DNA of 64,000 nt from NCBI GenBank assembly GCA_964291395.2, contig OZ219856.1, positions 2,016,001-2,080,000 on the forward strand. The letters run 5' to 3'. Below the pieces are notes generated by a model. That model searched no databases and had not been told where the DNA came from. It saw only the letters and a list, made by a program, of their open reading frames with translations. Both the position numbers and the translations under genes were made by a program. Source of the DNA: Alphaproteobacteria bacterium (lineage in GTDB: Bacteria; Pseudomonadota; Alphaproteobacteria; UBA2966). Position 1 is the stretch's first letter. Each line of letters begins with the position of its first letter. Shown piece by piece: positions 37,884 through 46,997 of the stretch.

Positions 37884-38978
37884 GTGACGCGCCTCGAGTC
37901 GTTCACGCTTTGGCGCCTTCGGGTGCCGCTTATCCGGCCCTATCACCTGACCGGGGTCACGCTGTCCGACCTGGACGTTCTGCTCGCCGAGGCGAGCGAC
38001 GCAGAGGGGCGGGCCGGATATGGTGAAGCCGTCATCGTTCCGCACTACACGAGGGAGACGACCGAGTCTGGCTGGGAATTTTGCCTCAAGCAGTCGGCTC
38101 TTCTGGTCGGAATGGCACCGTCCGAAGCAAAACGGACGCTCGAGCCCCATCGCATCGCCTATCCGCACGCGGCGACGGTCCTGCAGGTCTCGATCGAAAT
38201 GATGGAAGGACATGCCCTGCTGGAACCGCCATCCCTGCCCACACGCGTGCCACTGTCGATGGCCGTGATGAGTCAGGACCCGCGCGAGATTCCATCCGAG
38301 GTGGAGGAACATCTCAACGCAGGGTTCCGAACCTTGAAGCTCAAGGGCGGCTGGGATCTGGAGGGCGATCTGAAGCGACTCGCCGCGGTCCAGGTAGCCG
38401 CGGCAGATGCGGCAGAAATCCGCTTCGATGCCAATCAGGGTTACACCAGGGAAACGGCGGTGCAGTTGATGGAGCGGATCGATCCCCGAGGAATCGAAAG
38501 CATCGAACAGCCGTGCGCCGCGGACGATTGGGAAGCAAACGCGGCCGCCGCCGCGGCCTCACCGGTCCCTCTGAAGCTAGACGAATCGATTTACGAGCTC
38601 GCCGACATCGATCGCGCCGCGGAGATGAAGGGCTGCGGATACGTCAAGATGATGCTGGTGAAGAGAAACGGCTTGTCCCGACTTGGGGAAGCGCTGGAGC
38701 GCATCCGTGAAGCGGGCCTGTCGTCGGTGTTGGGAAACGGCGCCTCCACCGACGTCAACTGCTGGGCCGAGGCCTGTGTGGCCCGTCACACGATCGGCAA
38801 CGCCGGAGAGATGAACGGATTTCTCAAAAATCGCGAGCAACTGTGGCGGGAACCGCTGACGTTCGAAAACGGCGCAATCGTTCTCGATCCAGCGTTCGTG
38901 CCGGCGCTCAATCATGAGCTCGTCGATCGTTTGAGCATTGCCAAGGAACGCTTTACCCGGTCCTCGGCAGGCGGCTAA
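37884..38978 (+). CDS. Enolase superfamily, MLE-subgroup enzyme (paralogue 2)
   Basis: LKLKGG, DANQ, EQP, DES, VKMMLVK; clearly homologous to the preceding gene. Confidence 0.88.
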   Translation: MTRLESFTLWRLRVPLIRPYHLTGVTLSDLDVLLAEASDAEGRAGYGEAVIVPHYTRETTESGWEFCLKQSALLVGMAPSEAKRTLEPHRIAYPHAATVLQVSIEMMEGHALLEPPSLPTRVPLSMAVMSQDPREIPSEVEEHLNAGFRTLKLKGGWDLEGDLKRLAAVQVAAADAAEIRFDANQGYTRETAVQLMERIDPRGIESIEQPCAADDWEANAAAAAASPVPLKLDESIYELADIDRAAEMKGCGYVKMMLVKRNGLSRLGEALERIREAGLSSVLGNGASTDVNCWAEACVARHTIGNAGEMNGFLKNREQLWREPLTFENGAIVLDPAFVPALNHELVDRLSIAKERFTRSSAGG

Positions 38979-39008
38979 GTTCCTGTCCACCAAGGACGGG
39001 GAGGAACC

Positions 39009-39749
39009 ATGACGGGCAATCTAATCGTCACGGGCGGCGGTCGCGGCATCGGCGCGGCGACGGCTCTCATGGCCGCGGATCGCGGCTACGACATCTGCGT
39101 CAACTATCTGGAGCGCGGGGACCGTGCCGACGAAGTCGTCGAGAAGGCCAAGTCAAAGGGTCGCAAAGCCATTGCCGTCCAAGCGGATGTCGCGAAGGAG
39201 GCCGATGTTGCCCGCATGTTCGAAACCGTTGACAAGGAGCTCGGCGGCCTGGACGCCCTGGTGAACAGCGCCGGAGTCACCGGCGGGATCAGCCGGCTCG
39301 ACGATGAACGGATCAACGAGGAACTCCTCGCCAATCTCTGGTCCATCAACATCACCGGAACCGTCATTCCCTGCCGCTACGCGGTCCGGCGCATGTCGAC
39401 GAACCATGGCGGTAGGGGTGGCTCAATCGTCAACGTGGGCTCCGTTGCCTCAAAGCTCGGCGCAGGGGGCAAATACATCCACTACGCCGCCAGCAAAGGC
39501 GCAGTCGACAGTTTCACAATCGGATTGGCCGGAGAAGTCGCGGGAGAGGGAATCCGTGTGAACTGCGTTCGGCCCGGGATTACGGATACCGAAATTCAAC
39601 CGCCTGGCTTGGTGGAAGAGATGGGCCCCAAACTCCCGATCAAACGCGTCGCGCAAGCGAACGAAATCGCATCCGTAATCCTGCATCTGCTGTCCGACGA
39701 AGCGTCCTACGTCTCGGGCGCCCTCGTCGACATTGCGGGGTCGATGTAG
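39009..39749 (+). CDS. Short-chain dehydrogenase/reductase
   Basis: TGGGRGIG, NSAG, YAASK, VRPG. Confidence 0.93.
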   Translation: MTGNLIVTGGGRGIGAATALMAADRGYDICVNYLERGDRADEVVEKAKSKGRKAIAVQADVAKEADVARMFETVDKELGGLDALVNSAGVTGGISRLDDERINEELLANLWSINITGTVIPCRYAVRRMSTNHGGRGGSIVNVGSVASKLGAGGKYIHYAASKGAVDSFTIGLAGEVAGEGIRVNCVRPGITDTEIQPPGLVEEMGPKLPIKRVAQANEIASVILHLLSDEASYVSGALVDIAGSM

Positions 39750-39788
39750 CCACGCTGTCTTTCCACCCAGCGACAGGACAGTCATCCG

Positions 39789-41213
39789 ATGTCGGACGAA
39801 CTTCTCTACCTTTCCGCGACCGAACTGCTGGACGCCTACAGGAGCAAACGCGTCTCCCCGGTCGAAGTCATCGACACGGTACTGGCCCGCATTCAGGAGC
39901 TGCAGCCCACCGTCAACGCCTTCGTGACCGTTTGCCATGATGACGCCCGGAAGACAGCACAAGACGCCGAAGCCGCCCTTTCGAGCGGCGAGGGCGAGGG
40001 CGCGATCGCCGGTATCCCTTACTCCGTCAAGGACCTGGTGCCGACCAAAGGCGTGCGCACGACGTTCGGCTCCGCGGTCTTCGGTGACAATGTCCCCAAC
40101 CACGACTCCGTGGCGGCCGAACGATTGATGGGTGCGGGCGGAGTTCTTCTCGGCAAGACGACGACCCCCGCCCTCGGCCACAAGGCCGTCACGACCAGCC
40201 TGGTCTCCGGAGTCTCCCGCAACCCCTGGAACCTCGAACGCACTTGCGGCGGGTCGAGCGGCGGTGCCGCGGCCGCCGTGGCCAGCGGACAGGGGCCACT
40301 GGCGCTCGGCACGGACGGCGGCGGGTCGGTCCGGATTCCCGCGAGCGCCTGCGGCATCGTGGGCCTAAAGCCAACCCTGGGCCGCGTCCCGCAGGAGTCG
40401 GCGCCGGACCTTTTCGGGACCTTGAGCTATATCGGCCCGATGACCCGAACCGTCGCAGACGCGGCACTGATGCTTTCCGTGATGGCAGGCCCCCACACTT
40501 CGGACCCCTGGTCCCGGGGACAGCCCACCCTTCCCGACTTGTCGTTCCCGGAGGTACCGTCCTTGCCCGGGAACCTCAAAGCGGCATGGTTTCCCTTCCT
40601 GGGAAATTCCATAATCGATGACGGCGTCAAACGTGTCGTCGAAGGGGCGGTCCAGAGTCTTTGCGGCCTCGGCCTCGGCATCGAGCCCGAGGAAGACATG
40701 CTGGAGGCGGGCGACGCGATGTGGCGGGCGATCGGATACTCCGCCCAGTACGCGCGCATGGCATCCCATCTCGACTCCACGCCCGACCTCATCGACCCGT
40801 CCTTGAAGACCAACATGGACGAGGGCATGCAGGTCAGCGGGCGCGATCTTCAGGATGGCCTGTTCGCGCGCAGCAACATTTACCGCGCGATCGAGAAGGT
40901 CTTCGAGGGGTTCGACCTGATGATCACCCCGACCCTCGCCGCGCCGCCACCGGTCGCCGACTTCGACGCCCACCAAGACATCGAGATCGGGGGCACACGG
41001 GCGGGCAAGCTCAGAGCCGCCTGGTACGCGTACACGCACCCCTTCAACATGTCGGGGCACCCGGCGATCACGCTGCCCTGCGGGTGGACGGACGATGGGC
41101 TGCCGGTGGGCATTCAACTGGTCGCCCCTTGGTATCGAGAAGACCGGCTACTGCGGGTCGCGGCGGCCTTCGAACAGGCGAACCCGTGGGCCCACAAGCG
41201 ACCCGGCATTTGA
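39789..41213 (+). CDS. Amidase-signature family amidase
   Basis: SVKD, GKTTTP, NPWN, GGSSGG, TDGGGSVRIPA (Lys-cisSer-Ser triad). Confidence 0.95.
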   Translation: MSDELLYLSATELLDAYRSKRVSPVEVIDTVLARIQELQPTVNAFVTVCHDDARKTAQDAEAALSSGEGEGAIAGIPYSVKDLVPTKGVRTTFGSAVFGDNVPNHDSVAAERLMGAGGVLLGKTTTPALGHKAVTTSLVSGVSRNPWNLERTCGGSSGGAAAAVASGQGPLALGTDGGGSVRIPASACGIVGLKPTLGRVPQESAPDLFGTLSYIGPMTRTVADAALMLSVMAGPHTSDPWSRGQPTLPDLSFPEVPSLPGNLKAAWFPFLGNSIIDDGVKRVVEGAVQSLCGLGLGIEPEEDMLEAGDAMWRAIGYSAQYARMASHLDSTPDLIDPSLKTNMDEGMQVSGRDLQDGLFARSNIYRAIEKVFEGFDLMITPTLAAPPPVADFDAHQDIEIGGTRAGKLRAAWYAYTHPFNMSGHPAITLPCGWTDDGLPVGIQLVAPWYREDRLLRVAAAFEQANPWAHKRPGI

Positions 41214-41255
41214 CCGACGACACGGATTCCGCTGTCTTGGTCCGACCGCCCCTGT

Positions 41256-41894
41256 CTACGGCGCCTTCGGTAATGTCACGCCGATCATGCAGTCCCGGGT
41301 GACCAGCTCGACCAGTTCTTTCTCGCTCATATCTTCCGTTCCATCGGGCCGCCGCGGCAAAACCAGATAACGCATGTCGGCCGTCGAATCGTGAACGCGG
41401 ATCTCCGTATCGTCGGGGAGCTCGGTACCGAATTCCCCGAGGACCGCCCGGGGTTCGTGCACGACGCGGCTGCGATAGGCGTGCGCCTTGTACCAGTCCG
41501 GCGGCAACCCGAGCAGCATCCGCGGATAGCACGAGCATAGAGTACAGACGATCACGTTGTGGACCGTGTCCGTGTTTTCGACGACGATCAGATGCGTATC
41601 GGGCATTTCGATGCCGAGTTCATCGACCGCCGCGTTTCCGTTCTCGAGAAGCCGTTTCTTGTATTCCCGATCCGTCCAGGCACGGGCCACGACCTTGGCG
41701 CCGCCTTCCGGTGACTTGCTGTCGATGAGTTCAATCGCGGCCCGCAGCTCATCGGCCGTAATGACGCCCTTCTCGATCAGCAATTCGCCGAGGGCCGCGC
41801 CCATGATCTGATAGTATCCCTTCGGCTCGGAATCGATATCCGGCTGCGGCGGGTGCCGGTGGTCGTGCCCGTGATCGTGCGTGTGTTGGCTCAT
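41256..41894 (-). CDS. Cobalt-type nitrile hydratase alpha / thiocyanate hydrolase gamma-like subunit
   Basis: VCTLCSCYP metal motif, VVARAWTD, WYK...YRSR, DSTADMRYLVLP; His-rich N-terminus. Confidence 0.95.
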   Translation of the reverse strand: MSQHTHDHGHDHRHPPQPDIDSEPKGYYQIMGAALGELLIEKGVITADELRAAIELIDSKSPEGGAKVVARAWTDREYKKRLLENGNAAVDELGIEMPDTHLIVVENTDTVHNVIVCTLCSCYPRMLLGLPPDWYKAHAYRSRVVHEPRAVLGEFGTELPDDTEIRVHDSTADMRYLVLPRRPDGTEDMSEKELVELVTRDCMIGVTLPKAP

Positions 41895-41909
41895 GGCGTT
41901 CTCTCGACG

Positions 41910-42194
41910 TTATGCGACCGGTTCCAGCCAGTGATCATAAATCTCGATATCCACGGTGTCCTTGGGGTTCTCGGCGTAACCGTCCCACACCTCGTTCTGC
42001 ACAAACCTCACCCGGTACAGGGTCTGCTTGGGCGTGCCGTCGCGGCCGTAAGCCAGTTCCTCCGGATTCCCGAATTCACCGCAGACCCGCTCGATCACTC
42101 CGGACTTGCCGCGAATGTACCAAGGCGTGCGGATGTGTCCGGGCGGATACGCCTTCCGCACGAGTACCTTGTCTCCCGGCGCGAACCTAGCCAC
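41910..42194 (-). CDS. Nitrile hydratase beta C-terminal (SH3-like) half / ScnA-like subunit; GTG start
   Basis: FAPGDKV, GHIRTPWYIRGKSG, PEELAYG, LYRVRF, EIYDHWLEP. Confidence 0.9.
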   Translation of the reverse strand: MARFAPGDKVLVRKAYPPGHIRTPWYIRGKSGVIERVCGEFGNPEELAYGRDGTPKQTLYRVRFVQNEVWDGYAENPKDTVDIEIYDHWLEPVA

Positions 42195-42510
42195 CTTCGA
42201 ACCTCGCCTTGTCGCGCTCTTCGACTTCAGCCATCTTGCGACCGAGCTCATCGGTCGTGATGACGCCTTTCTCCAACATGACACCGGTGACCGAGGCCGT
42301 CCAACGTTCGTAGTAGCTGAGCTTGTCGTACACGTCCTTGCCCAGAGATTCGATCCCTCTGCGCATCTCGTCGACCGTGATCAGCCGACGCTTCTTGTCG
42401 GCGAGCAGCAACCGGATTCCGTCGATGCGCTTCTCCCAATAGCCGTGCTCGTGCTCCGCCTGATCGACGGGTCCGGCGGGCAGTCCACCCAGATCGTGTA
42501 TTCCGCGCAT
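42187..42510 (-). CDS. Nitrile hydratase beta N-terminal half / ScnB-like subunit
   Basis: HDLGG, WEKR, DEMRRGIE, YDKLSYYERW, EKGVITTDEL. Confidence 0.9.
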   Translation of the reverse strand: MRGIHDLGGLPAGPVDQAEHEHGYWEKRIDGIRLLLADKKRRLITVDEMRRGIESLGKDVYDKLSYYERWTASVTGVMLEKGVITTDELGRKMAEVEERDKARFEGG

Positions 42511-42512
42511 CG

Positions 42513-43697
42513 CTATATCTCCAGAATCGGCCCGGACGCGCCGGTAGGCGACCGCATGACCGCGACGATGGCTCGAATGTGTTCGATCGACGGCGTACGA
42601 GGACTGTAGGGCACGTTGCCGCTCTTCATCGCCGCCTCGACGATGGTCTCCCGCTCTTCGTCGGTGGTGACGATCTCGTCGAGCCCGATATCGAGATCGA
42701 GTTCGGCCCGAATTCGCGCCACGCCATCAGCGGGAGTCGCGCTGCCGAGAATGCCCGCAAGCACCTGACCTTTCTCGCCAAGTTCCGGTTCATTGTAGGC
42801 GATCACCGCCGGCAGGGCGAGCGCGTTGGCCTTGCCGTGGACCACGTGATGTATGTTGCCAAGCGGCGCCGCGATGGCGTGGGCCAGCCCGAGCTGGGTC
42901 GAATTGAATGCGACGCCGGCAAGCATCGAGCCGATATGGCAGTGTCCGCGGGCGGTCAGATTGCCGCCTTCCCGATAGGCCACGGGCAGCCATTTGACCA
43001 GACGCCGAATCGCGTCCCGGGCGTAGGGATCCGACATGATGTTGGCGCCGCGGGAGATATAGGCCTCGATCGCATGAGTCAGGGCATCAAAGCCCGTGTT
43101 GGCCGTGACCGCGGGAGGCGCGGTCAGCAGCAGCTCGGGATCCAGCACCGCGAACTGGGCTGTCATGTTCTGCGATCGGTAGCGGAGCTTGATGTCCGAC
43201 CCGACGAGACCGATCACGGCCATCTCCGAGACTTCGGAGGCGGTTCCCGCGGTGGTCGGCACGCACACCATGACCGAGCGGTGCGGTTCGTAATATCGAT
43301 CGAAGTCCGCCATTTCCTCGACGGTGCCCGGGTTAGACAGCAGGATGCGCGCGACCTTGGCGGTATCCATGGTTGATCCCCCGCCCACCGCAACGACCAT
43401 GTCGGGATGCGCGGCTTCCAGAACCTGCCGACAGGCCTCGACCGTCTCGGTGTCGGGCTCCTGAATGGGTACGCCGTGGACCTCGACGCCGATCACATTG
43501 CCGAGCACTTCGCGGACCCTTGCCTCCAGCTCTCCGCCGATAAAAACACCATCCATGACCACGACGGCGCGTTCGACGCTCCTCGCCTCGGCGATGGCGG
43601 CGAGCTCGGAAAACCGGCCCGGCCCGAACAGAATCTGTCGGGCGGAATGACGAAAAAAGAAAGGTTCGGGAGCGCCGTCGAGATCGTTATCAGCCAT
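42513..43697 (-). CDS. Iron-containing alcohol dehydrogenase family protein
   Basis: GGGSTMD, PTTAGTASE, DALTHAIEA, GLAH, HG.AN. Confidence 0.92.
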   Translation of the reverse strand: MADNDLDGAPEPFFFRHSARQILFGPGRFSELAAIAEARSVERAVVVMDGVFIGGELEARVREVLGNVIGVEVHGVPIQEPDTETVEACRQVLEAAHPDMVVAVGGGSTMDTAKVARILLSNPGTVEEMADFDRYYEPHRSVMVCVPTTAGTASEVSEMAVIGLVGSDIKLRYRSQNMTAQFAVLDPELLLTAPPAVTANTGFDALTHAIEAYISRGANIMSDPYARDAIRRLVKWLPVAYREGGNLTARGHCHIGSMLAGVAFNSTQLGLAHAIAAPLGNIHHVVHGKANALALPAVIAYNEPELGEKGQVLAGILGSATPADGVARIRAELDLDIGLDEIVTTDEERETIVEAAMKSGNVPYSPRTPSIEHIRAIVAVMRSPTGASGPILEI

Positions 43698-43904
43698 CGA
43701 GTGTTTCCCTGTTTCTCCTGGTATCGGCTCACATGCGCCGTCGCGGTCCATCCCGGCTCGCAAAGTGGCGCCCGTTCCTGCCGTGACGATCCCGCACGTG
43801 TTTGCCGACGTAAGCGCCGAGACCTGTCCGCAGCGCTTGCAGGCCCTTCTCGACCCGTTGCTTTGCCGGGAGCGCCGAGTCCGGATGGTTCGTCTTGCTC
43901 ATGG

Positions 43905-44071
43905 CGTGCCCCCCTATCGATCAACTTGATGCGCTCGCCAAAGCCCCGGAAATCGTCGGTATTGAAGGTCAACAACCACTGCTCGCCATGCGCCGGCATG
44001 GTCGCCGCGACGTTGGCATGGTGAACCTGCCGGCCCGCGACGGGAAGCTCACGGCACAGCCTCGCCGACAT
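43905..44071 (-). pseudogene. PIN-domain (VapC-like) C-terminal remnant
   Basis: LCRELPVAGRQVHHANVAATMPAHGEQWLLTFNTDDF resembles the PIN pattern G.QVHDANI.ATM.AHG...LLTFN..DF; the N-terminal half is missing. Confidence 0.6.
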
Positions 44072-44295
44072 CGCGGTAGAGCGGGACGCACCTGCCGCGC
44101 GCGGCGGGGTCCTGGACGAGCCGATCCTGGGTCACGGCCATATCCCTGCCCCCCCCTGCGCAAGATAGTTCTGACCGACTTGAACATGATCCTGGAGCAA
44201 GCGCGTGTCAAACGCCGCCCGGCATCTCCAGCGGCAGGACGCCTTCGCGCCGGCCAGGAAAACACGCCTTCCCGCGGCGCACCGAGACTTTTGGC

Positions 44296-44934
44296 TTAGT
44301 CGCCGGTTTGGAGGTTCTTCACGAACTCTGCGAGACCGGTTTGCCGTGCACGTTTCATGCGTTCCGCGGCCAAAATGGTGCAGACGGCTTGCAGAGTCCG
44401 GTCGACATCCTCGTTGATAAGAACGTAGTCGTATTCGGGCCAGTGACTCATCTCGCCCGAGGCTTTTTGCATGCGGCGAAGCACGACGTCCTCCGGATCT
44501 TGGGCGCGCGCCAGCAACCGACTCTCCAATTCCCCCAGGGACGGCGGAAGGATGAACACGCTGGCAACATCTTCGCGGGCGGCTTCCTTGAGTTGCTGCG
44601 CCCCCTGCCAGTCGATATCGAAGAGAACATCCCGGCCCCGGGCCAACGCCTCCCGCACGGGCGGCGCCGGCGTTCCATAGCGATGGCCGAAGACGGTGGC
44701 GTGCTCAAGAAACTGCCCGTCAAACACCATCTGATCAAACCGCCCGTCATCGACAAAATAGTAGTCCGTACCTTCCGTTTCACCCGGCCGGGGATGCCGT
44801 GTCGTCGCCGATACCGACATGACGATGGCGTTGTCGGTTTCGATGAGCATACGCGCCAGTGTCGTCTTACCCGCCCCCGATGGTGAAGACAGGATGAACA
44901 TCAGTCCTCGACGTTGGACAGTGGTATCAGCCAT
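44296..44934 (-). CDS. gmk: Guanylate kinase
   Basis: SSPSGAGKTT, SATTR.PR.GE, YGTP, DIDWQG, FILPPS. Confidence 0.98.
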   Translation of the reverse strand: MADTTVQRRGLMFILSSPSGAGKTTLARMLIETDNAIVMSVSATTRHPRPGETEGTDYYFVDDGRFDQMVFDGQFLEHATVFGHRYGTPAPPVREALARGRDVLFDIDWQGAQQLKEAAREDVASVFILPPSLGELESRLLARAQDPEDVVLRRMQKASGEMSHWPEYDYVLINEDVDRTLQAVCTILAAERMKRARQTGLAEFVKNLQTGD

Positions 44935-44943
44935 TGCGCATGT

Positions 44944-45858
44944 CTACTCGATGTTTTGAACCTGTTCGCGGAACCGATCGATGACCGCCTTGAGATCAAG
45001 TCCCACGCGCGCCAGGGACACATCCGCCGCCTTGGCACACAAGGTGTTGGCCTCCCGATTAAGCTCCTGGGCCAGGAAATCCAGACGTCGCCCCACCGAG
45101 CCGCCCTCGCCCAGCAGTTCGTTGATCGCTTCCACGTGCGCCGCCAAGCGGTCCATCTCTTCTTTGACGTCGGACTTCACCAGCAGGGCGGCAAGTTCCT
45201 GTGCCAAGCGGTCCTCCGGCAAGCCTGGTCGCGCGTCCAGGATCTCGGACAGCTGCTCGTTGAGCCGGGCGGAAAGCGCCTTTGGCAAAGCGGCCACGCA
45301 CTCGGCAGCGTTCGCGGACAGTTCTTCGATCTCCGCGACGTGACGGCGCAGGACCTCCGTCAGCTTGCTGCCTTCCGCCAATCGTGATGCCTGCAGCTCA
45401 TCGAGAGCAGTCTCGAGGGTCTTGACCATCGCCGTGATGCGTAACGATTGTTCCTCGTCGGCCGCAACCTCCTCCACCGGTTCGATGACACCTCGGATGG
45501 AAAGCAGACCGTCGAGGCGAGGCGGCAGGACTCCCGGCGCGCCCTCGTATTCCCGAGCGACGTCAAGAAGCCGGTCCAGCAATCGCCGATTGACGGTAAC
45601 CGAAGAGCCGGCTTCGACCGGATTCACCTGCAAGGTCATGGTCAGGTTGCCGCGGCTGAATCTCTCCGACGCCGCCGCGCGCGCGACCGCCTCGAGCATG
45701 TCGAAGCCGACGGGAGTCCGGCATCGGATATCGAGCCCTCGACCATTGACACACTTGAGTTCCCAAACCCACTCATACCGGGTGTCTTGTCCGCCCACCC
45801 GGGAGAACCCGGTCATGCTAGACAGATGCGCCGCCGCTTTCATTTTGCGGGCTGCCAT
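44944..45858 (-). CDS. yicC: YicC/YloC family endoribonuclease
   Basis: SMTGF, VNGRGLD, GRRLDFLAQELNREANT, REQVQNIE. Confidence 0.96.
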   Translation of the reverse strand: MAARKMKAAAHLSSMTGFSRVGGQDTRYEWVWELKCVNGRGLDIRCRTPVGFDMLEAVARAAASERFSRGNLTMTLQVNPVEAGSSVTVNRRLLDRLLDVAREYEGAPGVLPPRLDGLLSIRGVIEPVEEVAADEEQSLRITAMVKTLETALDELQASRLAEGSKLTEVLRRHVAEIEELSANAAECVAALPKALSARLNEQLSEILDARPGLPEDRLAQELAALLVKSDVKEEMDRLAAHVEAINELLGEGGSVGRRLDFLAQELNREANTLCAKAADVSLARVGLDLKAVIDRFREQVQNIE

Positions 45859-45980
45859 TCACCTCCATCCCTCTACCCGGCCGCACGGGCACGGGGGCTT
45901 GCCCGAGGGCGTGCCCCTCGAACGGTGCCGAAGCATACCAAACCGGGGGCGGCGCGCATGCGAACCGGCGCGCCCGGCCC

Positions 45981-46979
45981 TCACTTGCGGTTTTCCCGGA
46001 TGCGCCGCCAACGCGACACGTTCTCGAGATGCTCCTCAAGGGTCCGTGCGAAGGCGTGACCGCCACTGCCGTCCGCAACGAAATACAGTTCGTCGGTTTC
46101 CGCGGGGTTCATGGCTGCTTCCAAGGAATCCCGGCCCGGATTGCAGATCGGTCCCGGCGGCAGTCCGCCGATAGCGTATGTGTTGTACGGATGATGAATG
46201 CGGAGGTCGCGGCGGGTCAGTTTCCGTCCCAAGGGCTCTTTGCCTCCGGTCACGGCGAACGCGACGGTCGGGTCCGATTGCAGGCGCATGCCGCGCCTTA
46301 GCCGATTGACAAACACGCCCGAAATTCGAGCACGCTCGCCCGCCATCGCCGTTTCCTTTTCGACAATGGACGCGAGGATCAAGGCTTCACGAGGACCCTT
46401 GAGCGGCAGATCCCTGGAACGGGTTCTCCAGAGCGCATTCAGCGTATCGGTCATGGCGGTCCGCATTCGAGCCAACACGTCCGCGCGCCGGTCCCCGAAG
46501 CTGAAGTGATACGTATCGGGCAGTAGCTGGCCTTCCTCCACACCCTGCACGTCGACGGTGCCCACGAGGCCTTCCGCCTTCGACAGGATTTCCAATACTT
46601 GAGCCTGGGTCAGACCCTCCGGAACGGTGAGTCGACGAACGACGGTTTCACCACCAATGAGAAGGTCCATCGCCTCCATCGGAGAGATTCCCGGTGGGAA
46701 CCTGAATTCGCCCGCCTTGAGCTGGCGTGACTTCCGGAGCACTCGCACGGCCACCTGGAATATGTCGGAGCGTTCGATCACCCCGCTTTCATGAAGAAGT
46801 CGCGCGATCTCGCGAAGATCCGATCCCCGCGGGAACACGACGTCCGTCGCCTCCGTCAGAGGTCCCGGACTCCGAAAGACGGACAACCCCCAGACGGCCA
46901 CCCCACCGACCGAGACGACGGCGAACGCCAACAGCAGTATCAGAACACGGTACGCCCGACGTGCCCGCGAACGCTCCAC
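45981..46979 (-). CDS. mltG: Endolytic transglycosylase MltG
   Basis: N-terminal [36 protein letters not shown]. Confidence 0.96.
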   Translation of the reverse strand: MERSRARRAYRVLILLLAFAVVSVGGVAVWGLSVFRSPGPLTEATDVVFPRGSDLREIARLLHESGVIERSDIFQVAVRVLRKSRQLKAGEFRFPPGISPMEAMDLLIGGETVVRRLTVPEGLTQAQVLEILSKAEGLVGTVDVQGVEEGQLLPDTYHFSFGDRRADVLARMRTAMTDTLNALWRTRSRDLPLKGPREALILASIVEKETAMAGERARISGVFVNRLRRGMRLQSDPTVAFAVTGGKEPLGRKLTRRDLRIHHPYNTYAIGGLPPGPICNPGRDSLEAAMNPAETDELYFVADGSGGHAFARTLEEHLENVSRWRRIRENRK

Positions 46980-46997
46980 GCCGGCTCCCGATGTTTC

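Noticed and set aside
36702-38312. 536-aa minus-strand ORF over the enolase pair
   Set aside because: Antisense shadow with no motif support.
10845-41213. Complete mandelonitrile/mandelate pathway (NHase, amidase, racemase, benzoylformate decarboxylase)
   Set aside because: The enolases are MLE-type rather than His-Asp mandelate racemases, no FMN mandelate dehydrogenase is present, and the ThDP gene is about 25 kb away.
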